A stretch of DNA of 34,626 nucleotides from Trueperaceae bacterium (GTDB lineage Bacteria > Deinococcota > Deinococci > Deinococcales > Trueperaceae). The notes under the pieces were generated by a model. The model worked only from the letters and a program-made list of their open reading frames with translations, was not told where the DNA came from and searched no databases. The DNA lies in the NCBI GenBank assembly GCA_007128755.1, contig SKWV01000455.1:1-34626 (forward strand), given 5' to 3'. How positions within the stretch are numbered: position 1 is the first letter of the stretch; each line of letters opens with the position of its first letter. Both the position numbers and the translations under genes were made by a program. Of the stretch, positions 33,274-34,626 are shown piece by piece.

Positions 33274-34506
33274 TCAGGCGCGGACCTCCCGCCCGTCACG
33301 CCAGACGCGCAGCGTCTCGGTGGCCTGGAGCGCCCGGATGTCGCTCGTCGGGTCGCCGGGCACGAGCACCAGATCGGCGGCCGCGCCCACGCGCACGCTG
33401 CCCCCGTCGATGCCGAGCAGGCGCGCGGCGGTCGACGTCGCGGCGGTGATCGCCTCGAGCGGCGTGAGGCCGCCGTGCACCAGCAGCTCGAGCTCGCGGG
33501 CGCTCGTGCGGCCATGGGGCAGCATGAAGCCGGCGTCGGTCCCGACCACGATCGGCGCGCCGGCGCGGTGGACGCGCTCCAGGCTCCCCCACTTGTCCTC
33601 GCGGCAGCGCTCGAGCCACGCCCAGGAGTCGTCGGAGCCGCCGAGGGCGTCGCGGCCGATCTCGAAGTTCATCTCGTTGACGAGCAGCGTCGGCACGTAG
33701 AAGGTGCCGCGCTCCGCCATCAGGTCGGCCGTCTCCTCATCGATCCAGTGCCCGTGCTCGACGCTGTCGAGGCCGGCGCGCACCGCCATGGTCACGCTCG
33801 GGCCGCCCGACGTATGCGCGGCGACGTGACGCTCGAGCCGGTGCGCCTCGTCGATCGCTGCGACGACCTCCTCGTCGGTCATCTCTTGTTTGTACGGCCT
33901 CGACAGGTCGCGGCTCGAGCCGCCGCAGAGGTTGATCTTGATGCAGTCCGCGCCCCGCTTGACCTGCTCGCGCACACCGCGCCGGAAGCCGTCCGCGCCG
34001 TCGCAAGGGGCGTTCACGTCACGAAGCCCGACGTGATCGGCCCAACCGCCCTTGTCCATGTGTCCGCTCGTCACCGAGAGACCTTGGCCGCAGGCCACGA
34101 TGCGCGGGCCCGGGACGTGGCCGTGCGCGATCGCGTCGCGGAGCGCGAGCACGACACCGCCGGGGGCGTTCAGGTCGCGGACGGCCGTGAACCCCGCGCG
34201 CAGCGTCTCCATGGCGTGGTGCGCGGCCTCGAGGGCGAGCGCCGGATAGCTCCGCGAGAGCGTCGCGAGCTTGTAGTCGATCGGCCGTGGAGAACCGTCG
34301 TACGCGAGGTGGACGTGCGCGTCGATCATCCCCGGCATGAGCGTGGAGTCGGGAGCGTCGATCGTGACGACGGTGTCGGGGAGGCGGCCGAGCTCGGCCA
34401 CGGCCCCGATCCAGGAGACGGAGCTCCCCTCGACGACCACGGCCATGCCGTGCCGTGCGGGCGTGCCGTCGCCGATCACGAGACGTTCAGGACGGATGAC
34501 GATCAT
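33274..34506 (-). CDS. Amidohydrolase-superfamily metal hydrolase (COG1228-type), paralogue of 4677..5882
   Basis: 410 aa with MPGMIDAHVHLAYDG (HxH), CIKINL (Lys), HVAAHTSG, SVEHGH and VGTDAG. GAGGAGA SD before ATG 34506. Confidence 0.8.
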   Translation of the reverse strand: MIVIRPERLVIGDGTPARHGMAVVVEGSSVSWIGAVAELGRLPDTVVTIDAPDSTLMPGMIDAHVHLAYDGSPRPIDYKLATLSRSYPALALEAAHHAMETLRAGFTAVRDLNAPGGVVLALRDAIAHGHVPGPRIVACGQGLSVTSGHMDKGGWADHVGLRDVNAPCDGADGFRRGVREQVKRGADCIKINLCGGSSRDLSRPYKQEMTDEEVVAAIDEAHRLERHVAAHTSGGPSVTMAVRAGLDSVEHGHWIDEETADLMAERGTFYVPTLLVNEMNFEIGRDALGGSDDSWAWLERCREDKWGSLERVHRAGAPIVVGTDAGFMLPHGRTSARELELLVHGGLTPLEAITAATSTAARLLGIDGGSVRVGAAADLVLVPGDPTSDIRALQATETLRVWRDGREVRA

Positions 34507-34626
34507 GTGGGGTCTCCTCGGGTCACGCGTGGGCCGTGCGGAGGGTGCGATACGGGCACCGCGGTGGGGGCAAGATAGGTCGAGCGCCGGGCGCGCGGCC
34601 GGCGTCCGGGCGACGATGCGCCCGGA

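Noticed and set aside
4027-34578. Other long antisense or out-of-frame ORFs: 4027..5217+, 4770..6359+, 6053..7333+, 7114..8427+, 11221..12870-, 13161..14777-, 14482..16092-, 16273..17751-, 18613..19986-, 18774..20795+, 20621..21700+, 21640..22629+, 22578..23465+, 23209..24660+, 25668..27278+, 27811..29727+, 30789..32294+, 32441..33700+, 33475..34578+
   Set aside because: Each overlaps a gene on the other strand or in another frame that has strong motif support. Their products are low-complexity R/A/G/P/D-rich strings without SD sequences or family signatures.
1-34626. Search for tRNA/rRNA, CRISPR arrays, IS/transposase, integrase, toxin-antitoxin or defence genes
   Set aside because: I found no spaced direct repeats, no cloverleaf-like or rRNA-like untranslated stretches, no terminal inverted repeats and no ORFs with nuclease, transposase or integrase motifs. 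Every gap longer than 100 nt is accounted for above.

Overview
High-GC (roughly 70% by eye) bacterial chromosomal DNA, almost fully coding. I count 30 protein genes and see no rRNA, tRNA, CRISPR, IS or phage signatures. Many long ORFs in the supplied track are antisense or out-of-frame artefacts of the GC content, or are over-extended at the 5' end. I re-picked starts using Shine-Dalgarno (SD) sequences and stop/start overlaps. Layout: (A) A minus-strand operon runs 8493->1. It encodes a class-I aminotransferase, a hydantoinase/allantoinase-type cyclic amidohydrolase, a COG1228-type amidohydrolase, an M55 D-aminopeptidase, an amidase-signature enzyme with a C-terminal add-on, a DUF885-like HExxxGH protein and a PuuE-like allantoinase cut by the window edge. 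(B) A GntR/FadR-type regulator (8747..9472) sits beside a divergent plus-strand operon 9645->18743. That operon encodes an uncharacterised TIM-barrel-like protein, an orphan family-5 solute-binding protein (SBP), and S9, M32, M20 (carbamoylase/allantoate-amidohydrolase type) and M29/NicX-like proteins. Operon A, operon B and the regulator gene each carry a TTGACA-17 nt-(-10) promoter followed by an identical 18-bp operator. (C) A convergent minus-strand block runs 34506->18813. It holds an amidohydrolase, two ABC permeases, RidA and a second GntR regulator, then a tightly coupled ten-gene operon: SBP, two permeases, VOC protein, a truncated Lys-less aminotransferase homologue, a full aminotransferase, two tandem paralogous proteins of unknown function, an Ldh_2-family dehydrogenase and an M14 carboxypeptidase. 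The best candidate for undescribed biology is this ten-gene operon and its tandem unknown pair. The overall theme looks like uptake and exhaustive cytoplasmic degradation of peptides, ureido compounds or D-amino-acid compounds. The actual substrate cannot be read from the sequence.
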